Assembly: GCA_037440025.1 (NCBI GenBank)
Contig: JBBIUX010000001.1
Coordinates: 32,001-96,000 of the forward strand
Direction of reading: 5' to 3'
Source: Candidatus Fraserbacteria bacterium
Lineage (GTDB): Bacteria > Bipolaricaulota > Bipolaricaulia > RBG-16-55-9 > DRXL01
Length of the DNA: 64,000 nt
Both the position numbers and the translations under genes were made by a program. A model generated the notes under the pieces. That model was not told the origin of the DNA. It ran no database searches and was given only the letters and a program-made list of their open reading frames with translations. Below are positions 8,123-17,361 of the stretch, one piece after another. The first letter of the stretch is position 1; every line of letters starts with the position of its first letter.

Positions 8123-11100
8123 TTAGTTTTCAGACTCCACAGCCTTCTTCCAGTCGGCAAAGACCACTTTCACCGTGCGTAGGATCTCTTCGGGCGCAGG
8201 GAGTTTTTCAGCCGGGTTCTGAATCCGCGTAAGCTGCGGGCTCGTCAACGCATTCTCGACGGCATAGACCCAATATTTGTCTCCCAATCTTTGGGCCATC
8301 TGCCATTCGTGCAGCGTAAGTTGCAGCTCACCCGTCGTCTGAAAACCCTTCACTTCGATGTGGCGTGTCTCATCGGGCCCTTGCGAAAGAATATCATAGC
8401 CGCGGAATTCTAACGAGACGTCTTGTGGGGTTCGCCCTTGAGCACGCTCGTAGCTCATCGCGACCGCCATAGCCGTTCGCTCGATTCGTTTCTTGAGTTC
8501 TTCATCAGCAAGTGCAGCCGCGGCTTGCTCGGTGAAAGTTCCCTTAGGCACGACGAGCGCCACGGCGATCAGCTCCGGCTCTAAGCGCACTAAAGCCATC
8601 TCGCGCTCCAGTGCCTTCAAGCGCTCTGTCTTCTCGCGTACCAGCGCTTTGAGATGCTTCTCTTCTTCTTCGATGACCAGTCGCATGTCCTCGCCCGCGT
8701 CCAAACGCTTCTGATAGTCAAGCAATTTGCGATTCGATTCTGCCATCAAGGTGTTGAATGATCTTTCGAGATAGTCGCGCTTGATGCGGGTATCGCGCTC
8801 GCGGCGCGCTTTAGCTTCTTCGAAGACGCGATCTGTATAACGAGCGACCTCGCTTCTGATGGCCTCTTGGGCTTGCGTTAAGCCCTCGATAAAGTGTTGC
8901 GGGATGGTGGCATCTGGTTCAGCTCCCTCGAATTCCCACAGTACGCGGGGATCTACGGCGCGCACCTCGGCGCTTGCTGAGTCATAGAAGAACGTCAGCA
9001 GTTGTTCGCGGGCCGTCTGGTTTTCCCCATCGAGCACCTGAGCGCAATAGAACCAGAGTGAACCCGACCGCCCTTTGGGATCGAGCAAGAGCGTGCGCAG
9101 GGGCTTCTCTTTGCCTTGTAGAAAGTGCTCACAGAGAGCCTCAAAGAGCGGATGCCCCGGCGCCAAAAGCTCCGGTAGCGTCTCAGCTTCTTTAATCACT
9201 TTGCGCTCGAAGGCGACCCTCAGCCCGCGCACGAGAGAGTCGGGCAAGTGAAATTTTTTAGCGAACTCCCGCGGCACGGCGACCTTCCAGACGCCCTTGT
9301 CTTTCTTATCGGCCTGCATCGTCCCGCCGATTAGTCCCAGGGCTTCTCTGGTGAAGCGCTCGACGTCCCAGGGGACTAAACGCATCTCCAGCGAGCGCGT
9401 GTCCTCTTGTAAGATCGCCATGTGATCAATGTGATGGCTGGCCAGCGCGCTCTCTTCTAAAGCTCTTCTATATTGCTGAAAAGCCTGCTCAAGATCGCGC
9501 GTGAAAGTGACCTCGACTTCTTGCGGACTGTCCTTGAGCACGGCCTGCATCACTAACTGTTCGAGCTTTACGCCCTCTAAGAGCGTCCCCACGACATCGT
9601 AGACGCTGTCGCCCAACTGTTGGCGCATCTCGTTGAGCTTTTCCAAGAGCGTGTCCAGAACCTGCCCCTCGCGAGTTTGGTGGTAGAGCATGTTATAGAC
9701 AAAGCAATCGCGCTTCTGCCCGTAGCGATGGATGCGCCCCATGCGCTGTTCCAATCTATTGGGGTTCCACGGCAGATCGTAGTTGACCATCAGGCGACAG
9801 AATTGCAAATTTAAGCCTTCCCCAGCAGCCTCGGTAGCCACCATCACTTGGACGTCTGGGGCGCGAAAGCGGCGCTCTTGCTCGATGCGTTCTGAGAGCG
9901 TCATCTCGCCGTGAATTGTGGCCGTCTCATAGCCCCACTCGCGGAAGCGTTTGATCAGCCCGTAGAGCGTGTCTTTGAACTCCGTGAAGACGAGCAGCTT
10001 TTCATCAGAGTCGTTCTTCAGATGTCTTTCGACGAGTCCGCGCAGCTGCTCGGTCTTGGCTTCTTGACTGACTCTTGCGGCTTGCTGAGCAAGCTGGATG
10101 AGCCGATCGAGGTGGCGGATCTCATCGCGCAGCTCTTCAGGGCTTTCGGCAGCGGTCAGCCCCTCGCGCTGCTCTTCAAAACGCTCACGCTCTTGAGCCG
10201 TATAGTCTTCGGGTTCTTCGTCTGGGGCGTCTGTGGGGAGTTCGTATTCGGTGTCGCGCACGGCTTCCCAGCGGTCCAAGAGCGTAAGCAGCTTCGCTCG
10301 GCGGCGCTTGAGCGATTCGCCAATGGCCGTCAGGCTCGAAGCTAAACGCCGTTGGAGCACGACCAAGGCCAAGCCGATGTTGCGGCTGCGACGGTCTTTC
10401 GCTGCGGCGACGCGCCCGTACCATTTCTTCACATAAGCTGTGACGGCTTCATAGAGCTTCGCTTCTTCGGAGGAGAGAGCCACCTTGAGGCTGCTGACCT
10501 CGCGTTTCTTGAAGAGCGGGTTACCCAAAAGATCTTTCGCTTGTTCTTTAGAGCGTCGCAGCACGAAGGGGAGCTGTCCTTGCGCTCGAGAGGTTTCTAA
10601 TAAATGCCATTCGTCGGCGAAGAGGTAGGGCGCCAGCAGCTCGATCAGCTTAAAATACGCGAAGTGATCGCCCTTGTGAGGGGTGGCCGTCAAGAGCAAC
10701 AGATGCGTGGTCGCCCGCGCGAGCGCCGCGCCCAGCTCGTAGCGCTGCGTGCGCTTTTCTTCTCGACCGTACTTGGCTGCCGAGAGCTCATGAGCTTCGT
10801 CGAAGATGACCAAGTCCCAGCGTCGGCGGCTGAGCAGTTGGGGGTAGGGCTCGCGCTTGGCGAAGTCTAATGAAGTGATCAATTGCGGGTTGCGTTCGAG
10901 AAAGTCATCCGAGCGGAGTTGCTCGGCAAGCCCGCGATCTATCTGGGTGAACTCTTCGCGGAACCAATCGCGCATCTCGCGGCACCATTGGTCTTGCAGA
11001 TGGGCGGGGACGACAAGTAAGACGCGCCGCACAACGCCGCGTACTTTCAGTTCTTTCATAAGCAGTCCGGCCATGATCGTCTTGCCCAAGCCGGGATCGT

Positions 11101-11503
11101 CTGTGAGAAGAAAGCGCACCTTGGGCAAGGGCAAGATATGCTTATAGACCGCGTCCACCTGATGGGGCAGGAGATCTACTTGGGTGACGCTGACAGCATA
11201 GTGAGGGTCGAACGTATAAGCCAAGCGCATACGAAGCGCTTCCGCGTAGAGCAAGAAGGGCTTCTGAGGTAGCAGATTTCCTTGAGCGAACTGTTCTCTC
11301 AAAGAAGGGATAACCTTCACCCGCTGGGACAACTCTTCAGGGCTTAGGTAGAACGTTTCTGCGCGTTTGCTCTGCTGAAAGATGAGGCCGAGCCGGATCT
11401 TTTCCCCCACAGGTTCGCAGAGGAAGACTTGAGCAGTCTCCTCGAAGGGGGCTAGCCGAACCAGATCGCCGTGACGGAGTAAGGGCTTGGCTTGGGGTGT
11501 CAT
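8123..11503 (-). CDS. SNF2-family helicase with C-terminal DUF3883 (PD-(D/E)xK) nuclease
   Basis: DDPGLGKT, DEAH, LTATPH, EGLNLQ, EQRMGRIHRYGQ; C-terminal GYDILS...HIEVKG. Confidence 0.9.
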   Translation of the reverse strand: MTPQAKPLLRHGDLVRLAPFEETAQVFLCEPVGEKIRLGLIFQQSKRAETFYLSPEELSQRVKVIPSLREQFAQGNLLPQKPFLLYAEALRMRLAYTFDPHYAVSVTQVDLLPHQVDAVYKHILPLPKVRFLLTDDPGLGKTIMAGLLMKELKVRGVVRRVLLVVPAHLQDQWCREMRDWFREEFTQIDRGLAEQLRSDDFLERNPQLITSLDFAKREPYPQLLSRRRWDLVIFDEAHELSAAKYGREEKRTQRYELGAALARATTHLLLLTATPHKGDHFAYFKLIELLAPYLFADEWHLLETSRAQGQLPFVLRRSKEQAKDLLGNPLFKKREVSSLKVALSSEEAKLYEAVTAYVKKWYGRVAAAKDRRSRNIGLALVVLQRRLASSLTAIGESLKRRRAKLLTLLDRWEAVRDTEYELPTDAPDEEPEDYTAQERERFEEQREGLTAAESPEELRDEIRHLDRLIQLAQQAARVSQEAKTEQLRGLVERHLKNDSDEKLLVFTEFKDTLYGLIKRFREWGYETATIHGEMTLSERIEQERRFRAPDVQVMVATEAAGEGLNLQFCRLMVNYDLPWNPNRLEQRMGRIHRYGQKRDCFVYNMLYHQTREGQVLDTLLEKLNEMRQQLGDSVYDVVGTLLEGVKLEQLVMQAVLKDSPQEVEVTFTRDLEQAFQQYRRALEESALASHHIDHMAILQEDTRSLEMRLVPWDVERFTREALGLIGGTMQADKKDKGVWKVAVPREFAKKFHLPDSLVRGLRVAFERKVIKEAETLPELLAPGHPLFEALCEHFLQGKEKPLRTLLLDPKGRSGSLWFYCAQVLDGENQTAREQLLTFFYDSASAEVRAVDPRVLWEFEGAEPDATIPQHFIEGLTQAQEAIRSEVARYTDRVFEEAKARRERDTRIKRDYLERSFNTLMAESNRKLLDYQKRLDAGEDMRLVIEEEEKHLKALVREKTERLKALEREMALVRLEPELIAVALVVPKGTFTEQAAAALADEELKKRIERTAMAVAMSYERAQGRTPQDVSLEFRGYDILSQGPDETRHIEVKGFQTTGELQLTLHEWQMAQRLGDKYWVYAVENALTSPQLTRIQNPAEKLPAPEEILRTVKVVFADWKKAVESEN

Positions 11504-11552
11504 GATCCCTCAAGGCTTGGCACTCTGCGCTAGAAACTTTCAACTATCTTGC

Positions 11553-11629
11553 TGGTACGCCCGGGAGGACTTGAACCTCCGACCTCTGGCTCCGCAGGCC
11601 AGCGCTCTGATCCCCTGAGCTACGGGCGC
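11553..11629 (-). tRNA. tRNA-Arg (anticodon GCG)
   Basis: 77-nt cloverleaf GCGCCCG...CTGGC CTGCGGA GCCAG...GGAGG TTCAAGT CCTCC CGGGCGT ACCA. Confidence 0.95.
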
Positions 11630-11686
11630 GTGTGCACGGCTATTCTAACAGGCAAACAGAGGCTTGTCAACGGGCAAATCCCCCTC
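11564..11686. repeat. Left att site: 123-bp direct repeat (tRNA-Arg nt 1-66 plus upstream promoter)
   Basis: Identical by eye to 17578-17700. Confidence 0.95.
11642..11670 (-). promoter_or_regulatory. tRNA-Arg promoter
   Basis: TTGACA-N17-TAGAAT on the minus strand; duplicated at 17656-17684. Confidence 0.85.
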
Positions 11687-11764
11687 TACTCACCCTCGAC
11701 TCTCCAGAGGCCGTCTGAGCCATAAAAAGGGGGTAGGCCAGCGGTCTTTTTTCGGCCAACTTTT

Positions 11765-12694
11765 ATGGTCAGCGAGACAGTCAACCAGCGGACGTTCGGT
11801 CAGCTCTCGGCAGCGTTCGAGGGCTTTCAGTTGTATGCCAGAATCGAGGGACGGTCAGCGAAGACGTTGGAAGTCTATCGGGTGGCTTTCCAAGACGTGC
11901 TCAGTTTCCTTGGGGAGAGCATAGCCTTATCCGACGTGGCTGCAGGGGATATACGGCGCTGGATTGCCCATAAATTGGACGCTGGCTACTCCAAGACGAC
12001 TATCAATATCCGGCTGCGTGCTTTGCGCGCCTTTTTTAACTGGCTTGTCCGAGAAGGGTATATGACGGAGAGACCCTTAGCCAACGTCAAGCAACTGCGA
12101 ACGCCAAGACAGTATCCTTACGTGCTCTCAGAGCAACAGGTCATGGCGCTGCTGAGGGTTATCAAGCGAGACTCTTGGACGGGCAAGCGCAACTGGGCAA
12201 TGGCGCTGACCATGCTCGACGCCATGCTCCGGCTCTCCGAGCTTATCCACCTAGAGCTTGCAGACGTGAACTTGCAAGCTCGCTCAATAAGAGTGCGTCA
12301 CGGCAAGGGGGATAAAGAGCGCGTGGTCTTTATGGGCCGCCGTCTCACAAGGGCCATGCACGACTGGCTTGCGGTGAGAGGCTATCACGTCGGGGAAGAT
12401 AGAGTCTTTGTCACCCGTCAAGGCACAAAGCTCGACAGCCGCAACGTGCAACGGATACTCGAACGGTATGCAGCCAAGGCGAAACTGACGGACGTGCGGG
12501 TCAGCCCGCACACATTGAGACACACCGGCGCGACGCTCTTTATCAGATACGGCGGCGACCCCTTTAGCCTGCAAAAGCTCTTAGGTCACAGCACTGTCAC
12601 CGTGACAGAGATTTATGTGCACATGGCGGGCACGGCTTTGAGGGAAGCGCACGCCAAGGCGAGCCCGGTGGATAGGCTGTTGGAGGGGAGCTAA
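11765..12694 (+). CDS. Tyrosine recombinase/integrase (XerC/D-like)
   Basis: SAM-like N-terminal domain; catalytic R (LRLSEL), K (GKG), HTLRH, LGH, Y (EIYVH). Confidence 0.95.
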   Translation: MVSETVNQRTFGQLSAAFEGFQLYARIEGRSAKTLEVYRVAFQDVLSFLGESIALSDVAAGDIRRWIAHKLDAGYSKTTINIRLRALRAFFNWLVREGYMTERPLANVKQLRTPRQYPYVLSEQQVMALLRVIKRDSWTGKRNWAMALTMLDAMLRLSELIHLELADVNLQARSIRVRHGKGDKERVVFMGRRLTRAMHDWLAVRGYHVGEDRVFVTRQGTKLDSRNVQRILERYAAKAKLTDVRVSPHTLRHTGATLFIRYGGDPFSLQKLLGHSTVTVTEIYVHMAGTALREAHAKASPVDRLLEGS

Positions 12695-12786
12695 AACGAG
12701 AGTTTACCATTGTCCCCGGCTTAAAGGTCAGTCTTCCTTCATTTTCAGTGTAATGACCTAATAGAGTTCTAAGTTGGAGTGATTTT

Positions 12787-13509
12787 GTGCGGATAGTAGC
12801 TATATCTTTAATAGGTATGTTTTGGGCTGGTCTGCTCATTAGCTGTACACCTCAGCAGCCCTCCAACCAGAGCCCTGTGGCTGCAATCGAAGCTTCTGTT
12901 ACCAGCGGCGAGGCTCCACTCACGGTAGTTCTGAGCGGGGCACGCTCGTATGACCCGGATGGGACAATCACCCGATATGAATGGGATTTGGGCAACGGAG
13001 ATAAGTCGAGCGGGGTTTCTGTCACGCACATTTATCAGCAATCGGCCACTTTCACAGTAGGCCTTAGCGTGACCGACGATAAAGGAGCTACAGCTTCAGC
13101 CACAATTTCAATCACAGTTGCGAAGGCTAGCTGTCCGCGTGATAGCACAAGCAATGGACAACTTCGACTTGCGGTACGGTCTATAAGCGTGGCGAGTGAA
13201 CTCGGGATTTGGCAGCCAAGTGAGGGCAACAGATTCTTAATTGTGGACGTGTCGATAGAATCTCTAGCGGACGACCAGCTAGCGAATGCGTTACTCTTCA
13301 AAATTGAAGAAGAAGACGGTACAGCGCACGATATCAGTATAGCAACTGCTTCTCTTCCTAAACCATTTGAGTCTGTCACATTAGACCGTGGACAAAAAAC
13401 TGGCGGACAGCTTGCTTTTGAAGTCGGCCTTTCGGTTCGCCAAGTGAAACTGCACTATAAACCTCTGCTGACCGGCCAGAAAATGAAGTTATGTCTTAGC
13501 GTGCCGTAA
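12787..13509 (+). CDS. Lipoprotein with PKD domain and DUF4352-like domain
   Basis: Lipobox LLISC; NQSPVA...SYDPDGTITRYEWDLGNG...VTDDKGAT (PKD); PSEGNRFLIVDV...GQLAFEV. Confidence 0.75.
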   Translation: MRIVAISLIGMFWAGLLISCTPQQPSNQSPVAAIEASVTSGEAPLTVVLSGARSYDPDGTITRYEWDLGNGDKSSGVSVTHIYQQSATFTVGLSVTDDKGATASATISITVAKASCPRDSTSNGQLRLAVRSISVASELGIWQPSEGNRFLIVDVSIESLADDQLANALLFKIEEEDGTAHDISIATASLPKPFESVTLDRGQKTGGQLAFEVGLSVRQVKLHYKPLLTGQKMKLCLSVP

Positions 13510-13620
13510 GGAGACTGTTGACTATCTCCCATGATTTGCGTCACTGTCAAATTCGTCTACCTGTGTATCGTGAACAATCCTTGAGTGAGCGGCCCCCAAA
13601 CATTCAGAATCCCTTGACCG

Positions 13621-14199
13621 TCAGGCAAACAATCCATTGGCCAGAGGCCCCAACTCTCTCTCGACCTCTTCCCTGGTCACTATGCCCTCTCTTACAGCCT
13701 GCACTATCTCCTTTCGCCAATCCGATACTGCAATGTTATCCGTTGATTGACCAGCAGCAAGCCGCGCAGTCTTTAATGCTTCGCTGAGCACTTCGCAGTA
13801 GCGCTTGGACGCCGACGCAATCTGACAAAGCACGGCGACACTATTCTTATCTTGAGCCCTCAACTCCTCCAATAGCTTGCCACACTCTCGCGCTCCCTCA
13901 CGCGCTATCTGCATAGCTTCCAAGGCGCCCTCTACGGAAAGTAGGTTTATTTCGGCTAACGCGTCACCGACGGTTTCAACGGTTTTTTGCTGTGCTCGCG
14001 CTGCAATAGCTCTTTGGTTCTGTTCTCGCAGCTCGTTCCACTTTTCGGCCTTAATTCTGTCTGCCAGCGTGCGAGAGCTGATGCCCCAGCGCTTCTCAAT
14101 GTCCCGACAGGTAGGGTAGACCCTGTTGCCAGCCTCGTCTTCCCAGCCCAGCGTGTAGGCAGCTTTTATCTCGTCCCAGGGTATCCTGCGAAAGCCCAT
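13621..14199 (-). CDS. Putative phage terminase small subunit-like HTH protein
   Basis: ATG at 14199; WDEIKAAY...TCRDIEKRWGISSRTL...EKWNELR N-terminal HTH followed by a coiled-coil, the layout seen in TerS-like proteins. Confidence 0.5.
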   Translation of the reverse strand: MGFRRIPWDEIKAAYTLGWEDEAGNRVYPTCRDIEKRWGISSRTLADRIKAEKWNELREQNQRAIAARAQQKTVETVGDALAEINLLSVEGALEAMQIAREGARECGKLLEELRAQDKNSVAVLCQIASASKRYCEVLSEALKTARLAAGQSTDNIAVSDWRKEIVQAVREGIVTREEVERELGPLANGLFA

Positions 14200-14541
14200 T
14201 TTCACCCTGTCAATCGCTACGCAAATCCACCCGTTACCCGCACACGGGGCACCGGCCCGACTGACGAACCAGCGCGACACTAGCCCATTCTGAGGTTGGG
14301 CATACCCGCTGCCATAACCCTTGCAAGCGTCACACACTTGCAAGCCCGATACGTTGGCCAATTCGGCGGGATTGGCGACCCTCCGACACCGTTGCAGCTA
14401 TCTTATCCCAGATTTGTTTCGATTACTAGCCAATTCCATTGCGATTACTCTCAGCCTATTTTGATTCACAAGCAAATCCCCTCTTCTTTCCCTTGTGGGA
14501 CAGTTGCATTTCAAAATCCGCTTTTGAAGCCCTTTTTTTCT

Positions 14542-15453
14542 TCAAGTGTCCCGCTTACTAGTTGAGAGAGACATTGAAGACGTTGACGTGGCTATTGACG
14601 CAAGACGTGAGACTGTTGACTTTGAAACTCCAGCAAGTCGCGCAATTTCGCGCCGAGAGAGCTTTGAATTTGCGAGTGCGACGCGCAGAACTTTGGAGAT
14701 TTTGTCTTCCGCGTCGCGTCGTTTCGCAGCTTCTTTTCGCGCAATACACTCGAAAGTGTAGTGAAGCTGCTTTTCAGAAAGCGGCGGGCGGTTTTGTAAG
14801 TTCCAGCCGCGCAAGAGCCGCCAGACAACCGTCTCCCAGTCGGATTGGTTAAAAGCACCGAGTAGCTTGCCCGCCATTTGAGCGGCGCTGACGTTGCGGT
14901 AGCCTTCGGGAACGCCGCGAACAATATCAGCAACGGTATCAGCTTTAGGACGGGCGCGGTGTCGCTTCAGCATTTCAAACAGCCAAGCTGGGCAGGGCGC
15001 GGGTTCGGCTTCGGTCGGTGGAATCACCCACTCGTAGACCTTGCCGGACGGGTGTATTGACGGCGGGGCGACGACGTAGCCGCCTTCACCACGCACGTCG
15101 AGACCGTCAGCAAGACTGGTCACACTGCGAATTGTCGCGTTCTGAAGCGAGAAATAGTAATGCTGCCCTCTTGCTGTCTCACAGAACGGCGTGACGGGCA
15201 CGCCCTTACCAAGCCGTTTTAGTGCCTCTTGCGCGTCGCAGTCAAGCACAAGCAAGTTGCTGATTTTCCCGCAGACGACGGCTATGTTTGCGTCCGCTTC
15301 TCTCTCAAAAAGCGTGACGATTTCGTCTTCGGTTAGCTTGCGCCGTTGAAACTCTTTCCAGCTGCGCGCCGGGGCCTTCGAGCAACGCGGGAGTGGAAAG
15401 ACGTTGCAATTTAGCGTCTTGTGCAGTTCCAGCGCGGCTTCTAAAGCACTCAC
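14542..15453 (-). CDS. Bifunctional DNA primase/polymerase (Prim-Pol) with PriCT-1 and C-terminal HTH
   Basis: VFPL...K.P, NIAVVCG, VLDCD, TARGQHYYF, DVRGEGGYVVAPPSIHPSGKVYEW; EGYRN...PPL; SRREIARLAGVSKSTVSR. Confidence 0.9.
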   Translation of the reverse strand: MSALEAALELHKTLNCNVFPLPRCSKAPARSWKEFQRRKLTEDEIVTLFEREADANIAVVCGKISNLLVLDCDAQEALKRLGKGVPVTPFCETARGQHYYFSLQNATIRSVTSLADGLDVRGEGGYVVAPPSIHPSGKVYEWVIPPTEAEPAPCPAWLFEMLKRHRARPKADTVADIVRGVPEGYRNVSAAQMAGKLLGAFNQSDWETVVWRLLRGWNLQNRPPLSEKQLHYTFECIARKEAAKRRDAEDKISKVLRVALANSKLSRREIARLAGVSKSTVSRLASIATSTSSMSLSTSKRDT

Positions 15454-15827
15454 GCTCCCACCCCCGAAAAGAGCGGAAGCTGCTTAGCTCTTGCCTTTAC
15501 GCACAGTACTCTTTTCGCTGGAGCATGTGGATTCGGGCGACGCTCATACACTGCAAGCAGGGCTTCGAGAATTGGCCCCTTGTGCTCCGGCTTGAAGTGA
15601 TAAAGCTTGCGCCCAACGTAGCCCTCTTGAGGTTCACTGATAAACGGCAGCCCGACGTCATTACGACAGAGTTTCACGTCTGGATAGCGGAAAACATTGG
15701 CGTTGCCCTCGGTGATTGAAATGTCAGCAAAACAAAGCGCGTTACCCGTGCGACAATCCCAACGCACAAGCCTTTCGATTTCAACGGAAAGATTGCCTTG
15801 TGCAGGTTTTTCTGATAAAATTTTCAT
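15450..15827 (-). CDS. Hypothetical protein, SpoVG-like nucleic-acid-binding fold possible
   Basis: CFADISI...VKL...GLPFISEP...ILEALLAVY resembles the SpoVG pattern; overlaps the prim-pol start. Confidence 0.45.
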   Translation of the reverse strand: MKILSEKPAQGNLSVEIERLVRWDCRTGNALCFADISITEGNANVFRYPDVKLCRNDVGLPFISEPQEGYVGRKLYHFKPEHKGPILEALLAVYERRPNPHAPAKRVLCVKARAKQLPLFSGVGA

Positions 15828-15885
15828 GTGCAGCCCCTTTGCCCCGTTTAGCTCGCGGGGCTTTTACTTTTATTCACACCTCAGT

Positions 15886-16068
15886 CTATCTCTCTGTTGG
15901 AGCTTGCTCGTTGCCAATCGCTTTGACAATCACCATTCGCGCGAACGAACTGACAGATAGACCGCGCTGCTGCGCAGCACGCCGGACACGCTCTTTCAGG
16001 TCAGGGTGCAAACGTACCCAGATATCGAATTCCGCGAACCGCTTGAAGGCTTGCTTATTCGTTTGCAT
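15886..16068 (-). CDS. Ribbon-helix-helix DNA-binding protein
   Basis: IWVRLHPDLKERVRRAAQQRGLSVSSFARMVI. Confidence 0.7.
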   Translation of the reverse strand: MQTNKQAFKRFAEFDIWVRLHPDLKERVRRAAQQRGLSVSSFARMVIVKAIGNEQAPTER

Positions 16069-16101
16069 AGTGATACTATTTTATGACTCTTTTAAGCTTG
16101 G

Positions 16102-16632
16102 GTGAAGGGAATGTCAGCAAATCGGGAAACGATTACCAGAAGAGCACTTTTGAGCCGGTTCAAGCAGGAAATAGCGCAAAGCAAGAACTGGGACATGGCC
16201 GATTGGTGGCTTGAAGTCCAACAAGAGATTCTCCAATTAGGTTTCAATCCCCACGACTGTGAACACTTCGTCTCTACTAAGGGCCGCCTGTACGTTATCG
16301 CGTACTGCTCGGACAAAGAAAAGCTCAACGCTTTGGAAGAACGACTCAATGCCGTGATATTACTGCCCCGCAAGGTAGCAGCGCGATACTTAGGAATCAG
16401 TGTATCAGCTTTGGACAAGGCGTTAGAACGTGGCCGACTCTCTGCTATTGTCGGTTGGAGTGGTAGCGCTACTGCGGGGGAGCTTTTCCGCGAACGCCTC
16501 ACTCAACGAGACAAAGACTCCAAGAAACGATATAAAGGCAAGCTATTCTCCAAAGTGTATTTTTTCAAGAGCGCATTAGACAGGTACCGGAAGAAGCGCT
16601 GGCATAGCCTGCAAAAGCCACCCCCAGAGTGA
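16102..16632 (+). CDS. DNA-binding protein with excisionase-like HTH
   Basis: RKVAARYLGISVSALDKALERGRL; divergent from the RHH/prim-pol operon; start codon uncertain. Confidence 0.5.
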   Translation: MKGMSANRETITRRALLSRFKQEIAQSKNWDMADWWLEVQQEILQLGFNPHDCEHFVSTKGRLYVIAYCSDKEKLNALEERLNAVILLPRKVAARYLGISVSALDKALERGRLSAIVGWSGSATAGELFRERLTQRDKDSKKRYKGKLFSKVYFFKSALDRYRKKRWHSLQKPPPE

Positions 16633-16657
16633 AAAGCCGGTATACCAGCAAGCCAGT

Positions 16658-16837
16658 AAGCTGGAAAATTTACCGAAGCTTGCGAAGGCCTTGAAAGTTC
16701 TGCCGAGCGAGCTAGTCGAGCTGTTCCCCGAAGGCAAGCGCTGGTTTTGGGTGCTGGTCAAGGCGTCTGTGAGAGATAAGGAACTGAACGATGCCCTAAT
16801 GAAACTTCGTGGGCTTCTTGCCCTACAAGAGCCCTAG
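16658..16837 (+). pseudogene. XRE-family HTH C-terminal remnant
   Basis: Manual translation KLENLPKLAKALKVLPSELVELF...LLALQEP*; no in-frame start upstream of the HTH segment. Confidence 0.45.
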
Positions 16838-16841
16838 CCTT

Positions 16842-16949
16842 TTACCCTTTACGCTGGGCGCGGCGGTCGCTCCAGAGAGCATAAAGAGCAAAGGCTGTGC
16901 CTGCAAGCAGGACGCCTAAGAGTAGGACGACTCCGGGCCAAATATTCAT
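16842..16949 (-). CDS. 35-aa single-TM membrane peptide
   Basis: MNIWPGVVLLLGVLLAGTAFALYALWSDRRAQRKG; ATGA overlap with the upstream stop and GGAGAG RBS. Confidence 0.6.
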   Translation of the reverse strand: MNIWPGVVLLLGVLLAGTAFALYALWSDRRAQRKG

Positions 16950-17137
16950 TGCTTCTCTCCTTCCTTTAAGATTAGCACGCCGATAAGGTAGAAGCCAATC
17001 CAGATTCCGAGGCCGCTGGCTGTCCAGAGCCAGTCGAACTCCTTGGCTAAGAATTGTCCGAGCAAGAGCGCACCGACGGCCAAGTTGGCGACTTCGCGTA
17101 GTCCTTCAGCAAGATACTCCTTTTGGCGCTGGGTCAT
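16946..17137 (-). CDS. Small two-TM membrane protein
   Basis: MTQRQKEYLAEGLREVANLAVGALLLGQFL...GIWIGFYLIGVLIL. Confidence 0.65.
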   Translation of the reverse strand: MTQRQKEYLAEGLREVANLAVGALLLGQFLAKEFDWLWTASGLGIWIGFYLIGVLILKEGEKQ

Positions 17138-17139
17138 GC

Positions 17140-17361
17140 TCAATCACTCACAATCCTGAGCCGTCGCACGCGCCGCAAATCTTCAACACTCACGCCGAGC
17201 TTCTTTGCTAGTTGGCGGGCCTTCTCTTCGGCCAGCACGGGTTTGACGCCGATATAGGCGACGTATTCTTGCCGTTGCGCTCTAGCTTCTTTATCCCAGA
17301 CGTTGCGCTTGAGCACGTGGTATTTTGCGTTCCGTCCTGCTTTGGCGAGAAATAAACTTAT
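17140..17361 (-). CDS. Small basic protein with ATA (or mutated ATG) start, leaderless
   Basis: Open frame ISLFLAKAGRNAKYHVLKRNVWDKEARAQRQEYVAYIG...ARQLAKKLGVSVEDLRRVRRLRIVSD*, 9 nt after TTGATT-N17-TATACT. Confidence 0.5.
   Translation of the reverse strand: MSLFLAKAGRNAKYHVLKRNVWDKEARAQRQEYVAYIGVKPVLAEEKARQLAKKLGVSVEDLRRVRRLRIVSD

Noticed and set aside
14200..14361. N-terminal CxxCxGxG extension of the TerS-like ORF as a zinc finger
   Set aside because: TTG start with no clear RBS and an incomplete second motif; ATG 14199 is better supported
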